A DNA stretch of 64,000 bases, taken from an uncultured Candidatus Poseidoniales archaeon (lineage in GTDB: Archaea; Thermoplasmatota; Poseidoniia; Poseidoniales; Poseidoniaceae). The stretch covers positions 159,631 to 223,630 of the forward strand of contig CAZTGO010000002.1 in assembly GCA_964613395.1 (NCBI GenBank). The letters are read 5' to 3'. A model generated the notes under the pieces. That model did not search any database. It saw only the letters and a list, made by a program, of their open reading frames with translations, and was not told the DNA's origin. Made by a program: the position numbers and the translations under genes. Positions within the stretch are counted from its first letter, which is position 1, and each line of letters starts with the position of its first letter. This document shows positions 9,694 through 18,740 of the stretch, one piece after another.

Positions 9694-10839
9694 TTACAGG
9701 ATGTAAAGTGGCTTATCACATTCCATTGCTCTCTTGATTCCGCCAATCGGGCCCAAGGTCCGTAAGACGAGTTCTGTCATGAAATCCCCTCGAAGAAATG
9801 CGTATCCCATATTTTTTGTTCGTAGTGAATTTTTGAGAGCTCTGCCCATACTCGCATGAACTCTTTTTTGATAGGAATCGAGTGGAATTTTATTTGTAAG
9901 ATGATTTGAAATGCTTTCCGCTGCAAAGTAGCCCGATATAATCGCTTGAGATATTCCCCCTCCATTACTAGGCATGACGAGGCCAGCCGCATCACCTACA
10001 GCGAGAATATTACCCGAAACCATTGATTTCGTGGGCCCCCCCATAGGAATCCAACCCCCACCGATGGAAAGTATCTCAAAGTTTAGATCATTGCAAAAGT
10101 CAATCAGATGTTTTTTGACTGGATGACGAAGTTTGCCTGCTCTTGCTCCAATACCAACATTTGCAAAATTAGGACCCTTAGGAATAATCCAAGCATAACC
10201 AGATGGAGCAACAGAGCCCAAAAACACATCAAATGTTTCGGGTACATTGCCGTGAACTTGTGCATATGCGGTGGGAACCTGATCGCCAGGTCGAACCTTT
10301 GCGTCTTTCCCGTGCTTGAGGCGCATCATATGGGCTAGCGACCCACTCGCATCAACGAGGTAATCGAACGAGTATCGTGCATCTTTGGTCACCAACACGT
10401 CTCTATTCTTTGACTTTTGATGTATCATATTGAGAACTGGCGTATCTGTTTTGATTATTGCACCGGCTCGAATTGCTTTATCGGCAAGGTAGCCATCAAA
10501 ATGTAGACGATGTCCTGCGAATGCATCCAATTCAAAACCATATGATTTTCCAGATGGTAAAAAAACTCTCATGTAATCTAATCGGTGGAGTTTGAGCCAT
10601 GTTGGAAATTCAAAATATTCTCGGAGCCATTCATCGCTCTCAATGTTTGAGAATGTTTGAATGACTTCGCCCCAATTCGGAATACATTCACCACATTGTG
10701 CTGGGTTACCTATGATTGTCCTTCTTTCCAGGACCAAAACGTCAAGTCCTAATTCTGCAATTCTCTGTGCACATGCAGAACCGGCGGGACCTGCACCGAC
10801 AACAATGACCTGATGATGCTCTAAAGGTCGCTTTGCCAT
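9694..10839 (-). CDS. geranylgeranyl reductase family protein (digeranylgeranylglycerophospholipid reductase-like). The start is taken at the internal ATG (MAKRPLEHH...), 2 nt after the idsA stop.
   Basis: FAD-binding VIVVGAGPAGSACA near the N-terminus; about 380-aa GGR-family length; sits immediately downstream of a polyprenyl synthase. Confidence 0.85.
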   Translation of the reverse strand: MAKRPLEHHQVIVVGAGPAGSACAQRIAELGLDVLVLERRTIIGNPAQCGECIPNWGEVIQTFSNIESDEWLREYFEFPTWLKLHRLDYMRVFLPSGKSYGFELDAFAGHRLHFDGYLADKAIRAGAIIKTDTPVLNMIHQKSKNRDVLVTKDARYSFDYLVDASGSLAHMMRLKHGKDAKVRPGDQVPTAYAQVHGNVPETFDVFLGSVAPSGYAWIIPKGPNFANVGIGARAGKLRHPVKKHLIDFCNDLNFEILSIGGGWIPMGGPTKSMVSGNILAVGDAAGLVMPSNGGGISQAIISGYFAAESISNHLTNKIPLDSYQKRVHASMGRALKNSLRTKNMGYAFLRGDFMTELVLRTLGPIGGIKRAMECDKPLYIL

Positions 10840-10841
10840 GT

Positions 10842-11822
10842 TCAAACCTCTCGGTATTTTAGGAAGTCTGTTAGCCAAATCAAAATTTCAGTAGCTTTGT
10901 TTTGTGGAAGTGAAAGAATTGCATTTTTTGCTCGTTCAATATGATTTTGAATTAAAATTTCTGTATAGTTGAGACTATCACTTGCATTGAGTAATGCAAT
11001 GAATTCATCGAAATATCGGTCTTCAAAATGTTCGATAAGATACGCTAATTTTGTTCTTCGTTCACCATGTGAAAGAGTGAGTGAGTGTATGAGCGGCAAC
11101 GTCATCTTACCTTCATGTATGTCTGCACCTCGTGGTTTGCCCATTCGCTCATCCCCTCGGATATCGAGGAGATCGTCGACCAATTGAAACGCTATACCGA
11201 TTTCTTTACCAAATGTTTCCATTTGTATTTGTTGTTCTATAGAGGTTTCAGCCAAAATTGCAGCTGCTTTACAAGCTGCAGCAAAGGGGCCAGCTGTTTT
11301 TCCAATCACAATGCTAAGATAATCTTCAGGTGAAGTTTTGAGGTCCATAACACGATCGAGTTGAAGGAATTCTGACTGGGCGATGTTAGAGCAATACTCC
11401 GAAACCAAATCTACAATTTCTTCTTGATATTTCCCTCCCAATCCAAAGCCCTGCACAAACAACCAATCACCTGCAATAACGCCTTTTGCCAGTCCTTTTG
11501 CTGAATGAATTGTTTCAACCCCGCGTCTTTTTTCCGCATCGTCATAGATGTCATCATGCACAAGCGTTGCAGCGTGAATTAATTCGAAGGCTATTGCAAG
11601 CGGTAAAATATCGTCATCGATTTTTCCACCACATGCTTGATACGCAAGAATCATAATCACCGGTCGAAGACGTTTTCCACCAGCCATGACGACTCTTTTA
11701 GATTCAACTGCAACCTCTCCTGCACCCTTTTCGATTTGTTTATCAAGATGCGTTTCGAGAAGTTGGTTTACTTTTTCTTGAAGTGAGGCGAGTGTGGATT
11801 GAAACTCAGATTCCTCGCCCAT
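10842..11822 (-). CDS. idsA: polyprenyl (geranylgeranyl) diphosphate synthase
   Basis: 326 aa; first Asp-rich motif LVHDDIYDD and second FQLVDDLLD; KRLRP substrate-binding motif. Confidence 0.9.
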   Translation of the reverse strand: MGEESEFQSTLASLQEKVNQLLETHLDKQIEKGAGEVAVESKRVVMAGGKRLRPVIMILAYQACGGKIDDDILPLAIAFELIHAATLVHDDIYDDAEKRRGVETIHSAKGLAKGVIAGDWLFVQGFGLGGKYQEEIVDLVSEYCSNIAQSEFLQLDRVMDLKTSPEDYLSIVIGKTAGPFAAACKAAAILAETSIEQQIQMETFGKEIGIAFQLVDDLLDIRGDERMGKPRGADIHEGKMTLPLIHSLTLSHGERRTKLAYLIEHFEDRYFDEFIALLNASDSLNYTEILIQNHIERAKNAILSLPQNKATEILIWLTDFLKYREV

Positions 11823-12996
11823 GGTGCTTTCTATGAGGGTTGACTTCTTAAGCGGTCGTTATTCGCCAAGTTTTGCGGGTCATTGTATCCGCCGGGTGGT
11901 TTCGATGGAAGATGATAGTCGGATTGTGATTTTTACGACACCGTCGAAATCCGACGGAGTCCGAAGGCACATTGAGCAAACCGTTGAATCAAAAGGAAAA
12001 AACCTTGATTTACTTCTCAAACAACTTCCGAGTTTAGATGATGCTGTGCACCTTTTGGACTCAGGTTCGGGCGATCTCATCGCAATGAGTCCAGAAGAGT
12101 GGGATCATATTTCTGACGACCGTTTTGCCTTGGTTGGTATTTTACCACGGAGGGAACCAACGTGGGTTTTGGTGAGCGATGATAATCCTGACCGCTTAGT
12201 TAAGGAACCATTGGTTGTGTGTGATTCCGAATTGATGTCCCGGCAATTTCGACGTGTTCGTCCCGATTCGACAATACGACATTCTGCAATGGTGATTGAT
12301 GATTCTGGTCGAGATGAACGAGAAGTGTGGATGTCCATAGAACAATTGCGTATCGAAGGGAAAATTGATGGATACATTGTCCCGAGGGCCCTATATTCAA
12401 TGCTGAACATACGCTCAAGAAGGCACACACTTGGATTGCAAAGGGAGCAGCCAAAAGGTTTGCGTGAGCGATTTATTCCTCCACCCATGCATGGTTTTAC
12501 GCTCCTCGTCGGCAGAGTTGGCTTCCCTTCTAATAAGGTCGAATCCTTGTGTGAGCAGTCTGCGATGGTTGCATACGATGTCGAATGTATGCTCATGAAT
12601 AATTTACCAGAAGAATTTAGGGACCTGACAGGTATTTTTGTGGAACAGAGGAAACTCGGTTCCCTCATGAATGAATCAAAGAAAAACAATGATGGTTTTT
12701 TTGAAAAGTTCTATATCGATACGGAGAACAAACCAATTCGTTCAGGGCCTCAGATTGAGGTTTTTTTAGAGTGTTTAGACCATCGAGGCAGGGTTTCTTT
12801 TGGATGTTACAAAGTCATAGAAATAGAAAGCATGCGTCTTGGAACAATCAATATTTTAAGAGAATTTGAATCGATTGGCCTTCAGTTAAGTACAGATTTC
12901 GAAGAACTTAAGCGAGCACCTGAAACACTTCCAGAAGAATACAAATATGCAAGGGGTAAATTGTTCAAATTGCATGAAAATGAGAACCGTGAATAG
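11821..12996 (+). CDS. hypothetical protein
   Basis: 391-aa ATG-initiated ORF transcribed divergently from idsA; no motif I can assign; continuous ORF in a gene-dense region. Confidence 0.5.
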   Translation: MVLSMRVDFLSGRYSPSFAGHCIRRVVSMEDDSRIVIFTTPSKSDGVRRHIEQTVESKGKNLDLLLKQLPSLDDAVHLLDSGSGDLIAMSPEEWDHISDDRFALVGILPRREPTWVLVSDDNPDRLVKEPLVVCDSELMSRQFRRVRPDSTIRHSAMVIDDSGRDEREVWMSIEQLRIEGKIDGYIVPRALYSMLNIRSRRHTLGLQREQPKGLRERFIPPPMHGFTLLVGRVGFPSNKVESLCEQSAMVAYDVECMLMNNLPEEFRDLTGIFVEQRKLGSLMNESKKNNDGFFEKFYIDTENKPIRSGPQIEVFLECLDHRGRVSFGCYKVIEIESMRLGTINILREFESIGLQLSTDFEELKRAPETLPEEYKYARGKLFKLHENENRE

Positions 12997-13074
12997 AATT
13001 TAGATGAAAAGTAGGCCGTTTTTACCTCATAGGACACCGAAAACACTTATACTTCAATCACTGCAATAAGGCCG

Positions 13075-14826
13075 GTGGTCAAGGTGCAAGATAAAGCTGA
13101 ATTGCTCGCAACCTTGTATCAAGCTCGATTTGAGGAACTCAAAGAATTGGCATCAAATCATTCAATTTTGAAATCAGGATCGGTCGAAACCCTCCGAATG
13201 AGGCTCATATCTCAACTTGTTCTTTCAGATTGGGATTTAAGCCTTGAATCAATTCGAGATATGTCAAATTTTGATTTGGGTGAATTACTAGGTATTTTTG
13301 GCATAAAAAAATCAGGTTCAATAAAGGCGAGAAGACAACGACTTTACCTCCATTTAAACCACGATCCAAAGCAATTTATTGCAGAAAAGTTGGACGACAT
13401 GACGAGGGATGAATTGCATGCGATGTGTAAGGTGTTCGAATTGCCTTTGTCGGGGACAAAGCAAGCTCTTCTTGCAAGAGTTGCAGGCGTTCTAGCTTCC
13501 CAAGAAGGTGCATGGGGGAAGGTGAAAAAGAGTTTACGTCGTCCTAAGGAGGAAATTAAGATCCCCGTTCGTTCAATACCTGTTGCCAAAGAGATACCCA
13601 AACAAAGCATGGCCGAAACAGTGGAGGAGTTTGTTGAAGAGCATGATGGGGATTGGACTTTTGAACAAGAGGTTGAGTTGAGAGCGACTGTTTCTTCGGA
13701 TTCAATTCCATCAACTCGTTCTGATATCGATAGTTTTGTTCAAGAACAATTAGACACTAATCAAGAAACCGTAGAAACCTCAATTCCTCCAATGATTCAA
13801 ACAATTGAAACAACTGGCACACATTCTTTGGAAGTAGAAACTGCGTTAATTGAGGTCCGTGACCGCCGTGCAGAAATTGATGCAATGGCAAGAGATTTCT
13901 TGTCTATAAGCTCAACAAGCAACGAAAACGACCTCCAAAGTTTTCTTGTTTCTTTGCAATCACATGGTTTCTCAACAGAAATACAAGCAGTTCAACATGA
14001 AATTCGTAATATCATCATGGAAATGGATTATCGCACAAAACAAGAAGATCAACGCATTTCAAGCCGACCGGATTCTTGGGCGGAACGAGAGGCTCTACGA
14101 ACGTTTGAAGGCATTCGTGGTCTCCTTCGTGATCAGTTGGAGAACATTCTCGCCCTTCACGGAAATGACATTGTGAAAGCAAGAGTTGAGTTTGAGCAAC
14201 TAGGAAGAGAACATGGTCTTGATTTGAGAGTACCAGGAGTATCAGGTCGGTTGCATGCACTTTTTGATCTCCATCTTGAACTTGCTGAAACACAGGCCAT
14301 GCATGACCCAACCATTCAACGAAGGAACCGTATCCTCAAGATTTTACACCAAGGAGCAGTTCATTTTCCAGAAGAAGAACGTCAAACGATTTCTAGACTG
14401 GAACGGAATATTGAATCTTTCGAAGAGTTGGTGCAAACTGTCATGGATTCGATTGATGATGGATTTCATGAAAACCATCAAGCCCTTATCATACGATTCT
14501 TAGAAAAGAAAGGGTATGAGGTGAACACTGCAAATCTTCGACCTCGAATTCTCGCATCTGCGGGGATCATAGGTGCTGAATTAGGTTATATTTCGCCTTC
14601 TGAAATTCCTCGAATCGCACCGGGTATTGTGGTGACGGAAACGGAGGTTGACTCGATTGTAAACGAGCTCAAAGCCCTCGCAGCGAAATTTAAACAGAAC
14701 GACGGTAAAGAAATCGAACCCGAGCAAGAAGTAGCCGAGGCCGTCAGTTCAGCATACCAACACGTAGAGCAGGCCAGGAACCGATTATCGAAAATTGATG
14801 ATATACTTCATCGACTACAAGGATAA
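13075..14826 (+). CDS. hypothetical protein with two tandem N-terminal SAP-like motifs followed by a long acidic, helical region
   Basis: 583 aa; SAP-like helix-hairpin-helix segments ELKELASNHSILKSGSVETLRMRLISQL and MTRDELHAMCKVFELPLSGTKQALLARVAGVL; remainder E/D/Q-rich. Confidence 0.55.
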   Translation: MVKVQDKAELLATLYQARFEELKELASNHSILKSGSVETLRMRLISQLVLSDWDLSLESIRDMSNFDLGELLGIFGIKKSGSIKARRQRLYLHLNHDPKQFIAEKLDDMTRDELHAMCKVFELPLSGTKQALLARVAGVLASQEGAWGKVKKSLRRPKEEIKIPVRSIPVAKEIPKQSMAETVEEFVEEHDGDWTFEQEVELRATVSSDSIPSTRSDIDSFVQEQLDTNQETVETSIPPMIQTIETTGTHSLEVETALIEVRDRRAEIDAMARDFLSISSTSNENDLQSFLVSLQSHGFSTEIQAVQHEIRNIIMEMDYRTKQEDQRISSRPDSWAEREALRTFEGIRGLLRDQLENILALHGNDIVKARVEFEQLGREHGLDLRVPGVSGRLHALFDLHLELAETQAMHDPTIQRRNRILKILHQGAVHFPEEERQTISRLERNIESFEELVQTVMDSIDDGFHENHQALIIRFLEKKGYEVNTANLRPRILASAGIIGAELGYISPSEIPRIAPGIVVTETEVDSIVNELKALAAKFKQNDGKEIEPEQEVAEAVSSAYQHVEQARNRLSKIDDILHRLQG

Positions 14827-16068
14827 TCAATGTTGTGAGGCATAAAAATTCTGGATGACTTGTGTAACGGTAGCAATGTCTCGAACATCTCGTTCGAGCA
14901 AATTTTCAATGATCTGTTGTCGTTGACTCACATGTTTCTCAAACACGTCGGGCGTTACACCGGCTGCACTACAAATGGTTTCTCTTAGTTTCGATGGGAT
15001 ACCAGTTTCTTCGATTTGGTCGGTTGCAGCGTTGTATTTCCAAATTGCATTCAACCTCGGCTTATCTCCTTCCATTCCCGCAATTTCTGCGACTTCGGTA
15101 ATCTTACGAGCAGTTCTGCCATTGACATGTAAACGAGCTTGGATGATGATTAAATCGAGGCCAGTCAACATGATTGGTGGCACATTCATCGGTGGATTGA
15201 TCATTCTGGTGACTGTTTCCTGAGCAGTGTTTGCGTGGAGTGAACCAAATGAACCATCGTGACCAGTGTTCATTGCAGTGAGGAGTGTAGCACATTCTGG
15301 ACCTCGTACCTCACCAACAATAATTCGGTCAGGCCGCATACGAAGACTCGATTTTAAGCAATCATTCATGTCAATTTCAGATGTTCCATCGGGTCTTTCT
15401 CTTCTTGTTTCCATTCGTAACCAGTGGTCGTGATAGACTTGCAATTCAGCCGTATCTTCGACTGTAAGTAGTCTTCTGTGCCATGGAATATACATCCCTA
15501 GACAATTGAGTGTTGTTGTTTTACCTGAACCAGTTCCACCGGCAATAACGAAATTCGCAGGTCTGCTATCGAGCCCTTCAATCCAAACCCACATCATCGC
15601 TGCGAGTCTTGAGTTCACAGTGCCAAATTTAACTAGATCAATCATGGTAAGTGGATCTTCCCTAAATTTTCGAATTGTCAAGGTAGGTCCATCGGGGGAT
15701 ACGGGGGGAATCGTGCCATTGACACGAGAGCCGTCAGGTAATCGTCCATCAAAAATTGGGACCATTCCTGGACCATCTCCAAGTGGAACATTTGTAAATG
15801 ATGCAATATTTTTTGATATGATTTCACCAGACTCATCGTCAATCCAAATATTCGTACGACACATTCCATGGTCGCGATGTGCCACTTTTACACACTGCGT
15901 GCCACCGTTGTACATGACTTCTTCTAGTGCATCATCTTCAAGCAATGCAGCTAAATCACCGTAGGGATTTGCTTGAATATCGCCGTCCACGTGATAAATT
16001 GGTGATGGATGATTTGGTTCTGTATAAATTGTAACTCTTCCGTATTGATCTAAAATTTGTTCTGACAT
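14827..16068 (-). CDS. type IV filament/secretion ATPase, FlaI/CpaF/VirB11 family
   Basis: 413 aa; Walker A AGGTGSGKTT; Walker B LLTVEDTAE; Asp/His boxes RIIVGEVRGPE and GHDGSFGSLHANT. Confidence 0.9.
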   Translation of the reverse strand: MSEQILDQYGRVTIYTEPNHPSPIYHVDGDIQANPYGDLAALLEDDALEEVMYNGGTQCVKVAHRDHGMCRTNIWIDDESGEIISKNIASFTNVPLGDGPGMVPIFDGRLPDGSRVNGTIPPVSPDGPTLTIRKFREDPLTMIDLVKFGTVNSRLAAMMWVWIEGLDSRPANFVIAGGTGSGKTTTLNCLGMYIPWHRRLLTVEDTAELQVYHDHWLRMETRRERPDGTSEIDMNDCLKSSLRMRPDRIIVGEVRGPECATLLTAMNTGHDGSFGSLHANTAQETVTRMINPPMNVPPIMLTGLDLIIIQARLHVNGRTARKITEVAEIAGMEGDKPRLNAIWKYNAATDQIEETGIPSKLRETICSAAGVTPDVFEKHVSQRQQIIENLLERDVRDIATVTQVIQNFYASQH

Positions 16069-16072
16069 GTGT

Positions 16073-16804
16073 TTAACCTCCTACTGCTTTTACTGCTCCA
16101 AGGTAAAGTGCCATGGAAAGGACCATCCACAGTGGTAACCACCAGAGCATGTCCTTGAGCCTCCCAAGCATTCGACCTGTAACACCTACGCCTATGACTG
16201 AAGCAACAGCAAAAAACAACGCAAATGTCGAGTTAAATTCTGTGATTTGATACCCTTTGCTCGCAGGTGCAAATAGACCGACGATGAAGGCAATCAGAAC
16301 TGGTAAGCCAATGCTTACAAAGAGGATGATGAGGATACCTCGGCCTTGGAGTTCGACTTCACGGAGATTCATTAAGTCGTTAAGACGTTCATAATCTCGG
16401 CTGAGGTCAGAAAGGATTGGTTGGAGTGGTGCGTCTTGTTCCAATGCTGTGTCGATGAGAACCATGACACGTTGGACTTGCGTCGACCTCGTCTTTGCGG
16501 CAAATGAAGCAAGCATAGCCTCAAAAGATGACGAATGTGCTTCTCGAAGCGTTTCTTTGAGTATGGTTGTGAGAAGACCGGGAGATGATTCAGCTTGTTC
16601 CATCATCGCCTCTTGCAATCCACGGCCCGCCCCTACCGAATCGGATAGTGCCTCTAGAAATCCGGGAAGTTGATTCTCGATTTCTCTCCTTCTTCTCCTC
16701 TCAAGCATAGGTGGGATTCCTCCTCCAATACAAGCGATTGCAACAATGAGAATATACAGCATCATTGGCGAATCGTTGAAGGATTCCAGAATTCGAATAA
16801 TCAT
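16073..16804 (-). CDS. FlaJ/TadC-like platform protein, C-terminal-half-like (single T2SSF-type domain)
   Basis: 243 aa; N-terminal TM helix, cytoplasmic helical domain, then three TM helices; position directly upstream of the ATPase. Confidence 0.7.
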   Translation of the reverse strand: MIIRILESFNDSPMMLYILIVAIACIGGGIPPMLERRRRREIENQLPGFLEALSDSVGAGRGLQEAMMEQAESSPGLLTTILKETLREAHSSSFEAMLASFAAKTRSTQVQRVMVLIDTALEQDAPLQPILSDLSRDYERLNDLMNLREVELQGRGILIILFVSIGLPVLIAFIVGLFAPASKGYQITEFNSTFALFFAVASVIGVGVTGRMLGRLKDMLWWLPLWMVLSMALYLGAVKAVGG

Positions 16805-16810
16805 TTTCTA

Positions 16811-17392
16811 TCACAAACCTGGATCCTTTGTGTGAGCTTTCAATCCGATGAAAAACATAGCGAGCAAGGTGCCAACTAATCCAACATTCACGACTAAATT
16901 CATTGTGCTTGCTTCAGGTAAACTCATGAATGCTCCCAAATCACCTGACATGATTTGTGGAACAAGTCCAACGATCGACAAGATAATTGGTCCAATCATT
17001 CCAATTGACAACAAGGACTCAGGAACTCCACCAAGAGTCTCGATGTATTTTTCGACTTCTTCGGTTCGTTCTTCCTCCATTCTTGCACCTTGTTTTTTGA
17101 GGGTATCAACGAGGTCAGTGTTTTGTGTAACATTCGTGTAGAGGGTGTTGAGTAATCGTTGATATCCTTTTGATTCGGCTTTTTTCTGGAGTGATTTTAG
17201 TTCGTCACTCAAACCTCTTGTTTTTCCAGAAGTCAATCGCTCCATCATGTTTTGGAAGTCAGTTGAGATGACTCCATAACCTCCTTTTCCAATTGTGTGA
17301 AGTGCTGCTTCTAAACCCACTCCTGAAGAAATGAGAACGTCAAGTGTACGAATAACATAAAGCAGTTCTCTCTTTTCTTGCAGACTTCGCAT
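16811..17392 (-). CDS. FlaJ/TadB-like platform protein, N-terminal-half-like (single T2SSF-type domain)
   Basis: 193 aa; cytoplasmic helical domain (LYVIRTLDVLISSGVGLEAAL...) followed by TM helices; terminates with TGA then TAG 6 nt before the next start. Confidence 0.7.
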   Translation of the reverse strand: MRSLQEKRELLYVIRTLDVLISSGVGLEAALHTIGKGGYGVISTDFQNMMERLTSGKTRGLSDELKSLQKKAESKGYQRLLNTLYTNVTQNTDLVDTLKKQGARMEEERTEEVEKYIETLGGVPESLLSIGMIGPIILSIVGLVPQIMSGDLGAFMSLPEASTMNLVVNVGLVGTLLAMFFIGLKAHTKDPGL

Positions 17393-17402
17393 GATCTCAC
17401 CT

Positions 17403-17756
17403 TCAAATTACATCTTCAATGAATTCAAACATAAATGATTCATCTTGACTGTCGTATTCGAGGACTGAAAAGATAACTTTTACATCTCTTTCATCAAATG
17501 GGTCGTGGATAAACGGCTGACCAGTTCGAAATATTGCTACGATTTTCTTATATTCGTCGATTGAAATTTCTCCACGAACTCGATACACAGACGATTCTGA
17601 GCCTTCATCATGTAAGTCATCGCCTTCCCCACCTCGAATAACTGTACGGGTGAGTCTTCGTGTCATTCGGACGTGCATATCAGCGTTAGCAATTCGTATC
17701 CAGTCCGAACTTGAACTCGCAGTCGCGGGACGAATAAAGAAATCAATTCCAGCCAT
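17403..17756 (-). CDS. small hypothetical protein, possibly an RPA14-like OB-fold subunit
   Basis: 117 aa; location third in an RPA operon, where the Thermococcales-type heterotrimer has RPA14; no strong motif. Confidence 0.3.
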   Translation of the reverse strand: MAGIDFFIRPATASSSSDWIRIANADMHVRMTRRLTRTVIRGGEGDDLHDEGSESSVYRVRGEISIDEYKKIVAIFRTGQPFIHDPFDERDVKVIFSVLEYDSQDESFMFEFIEDVI

Positions 17757-17801
17757 TGACCACAGGAGGTCAAGCGAAGGTATTCAATTTGACGGGTCAA
17801 T

Positions 17802-18740
17802 CTATTGGGTTTGAACGAAAACGAACCAACCAAATCGAGGCTCTTCGATGACACCTTGGTGAATCAATTGGTCTAGGCCTTCTTCAGTGGATTCTCTATC
17901 GTGGCCTTTTGACATTGCGTTTGACATAATTGTCTGATACTGTACACCTTCTCCTTGGTCAAAATGAGAAATGACCATTCGGATGATTTCCTCAACGGAT
18001 TGGTTAGAGGTTTCGCCCTCACCTTCGGCCTCTGGAAGGCGAATTTCTGGTGGTGGAGTCGTCACGGCCTCAATTTTACCCTCGGCAATGTCAAGTGCCT
18101 GCATTACATTGAGTTTGAATATCTCAAGGTCCACCTCACCGTAATGGTGACGAGCTGCCACAATAGATTGGTGAGATCGTTGAGGTATACTTGTCGTGGA
18201 TAACCCTTCCATCGTTGCATCAACTTCGAGCGATTGGGACCAATGTTCAATGCGCAAATATGTTGCCTCCGCAGCATCGAGCAGCCAATTTGCATACCGT
18301 TGTCGAGTAATCTCAGTGATTTCCTCAGGTCGAAGCGAGGTGTACACTCCACCATCTTCCGATTGATACCAACGGGTTTTTGCAACCATCCCTACCAGAA
18401 TGGGTTCGCTAGAGGATACCCTTTCGTGAAGTTGATGAATCAGTTCCTGTAACGGGAGTGGTGAGTATTCTCCAACTGAAAAATAGAACAATCCAGTTGG
18501 ATCTCGAATTTGACCTTGATACATCTGAGTGCCATTTGAAGTTTCACGAACTTCGAGACGTTCGAGCAAACCTGAGACAACAATTCTGTTCACCTTACAG
18601 CCTAATTTTGTGATAATAAACGTAGGGTCATACTCTCCTGGACCTTTTTCATGAAGGTGTGAACTGGCAAATTCTGATGCGAGCATCAACTCGCTTGGTT
18701 GTCGAACAATTCTCCTAGCCTGCATCAATTCCACCCCCAT
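17802..18740 (-). CDS. RPA32-like replication protein A subunit (OB fold plus C-terminal winged helix)
   Basis: 312 aa; OB-fold pattern VNRIVVSGLL...GQIRDPTGLFYFSVGEY resembling the RPA ixDxTGxI strand; C-terminal EGVQYQTIMSNAMSKGHDRESTEEGLDQLIHQGVIEE resembles an RPA32 winged helix; overlaps the RPA large subunit by 16 nt. Confidence 0.5.
   Translation of the reverse strand: MGVELMQARRIVRQPSELMLASEFASSHLHEKGPGEYDPTFIITKLGCKVNRIVVSGLLERLEVRETSNGTQMYQGQIRDPTGLFYFSVGEYSPLPLQELIHQLHERVSSSEPILVGMVAKTRWYQSEDGGVYTSLRPEEITEITRQRYANWLLDAAEATYLRIEHWSQSLEVDATMEGLSTTSIPQRSHQSIVAARHHYGEVDLEIFKLNVMQALDIAEGKIEAVTTPPPEIRLPEAEGEGETSNQSVEEIIRMVISHFDQGEGVQYQTIMSNAMSKGHDRESTEEGLDQLIHQGVIEEPRFGWFVFVQTQ

Noticed and set aside
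16800-16815. Possible pseudogene or frameshift between the two platform ORFs
   Set aside because: The junction is TGA-TAG-AAA-ATG with no frameshift. Two consecutive stops look like a real gene boundary, so I did not call a pseudogene. It is still reported as a finding because of the shared frame.
9146-17392. Calling the locus an archaellum (fla) operon
   Set aside because: No FlaH (RecA-like), FlaF/FlaG or FlaC/D/E candidates lie adjacent. The platform is split into two half-size genes and the pilin is distant. A generic type IV filament is therefore the safer call.
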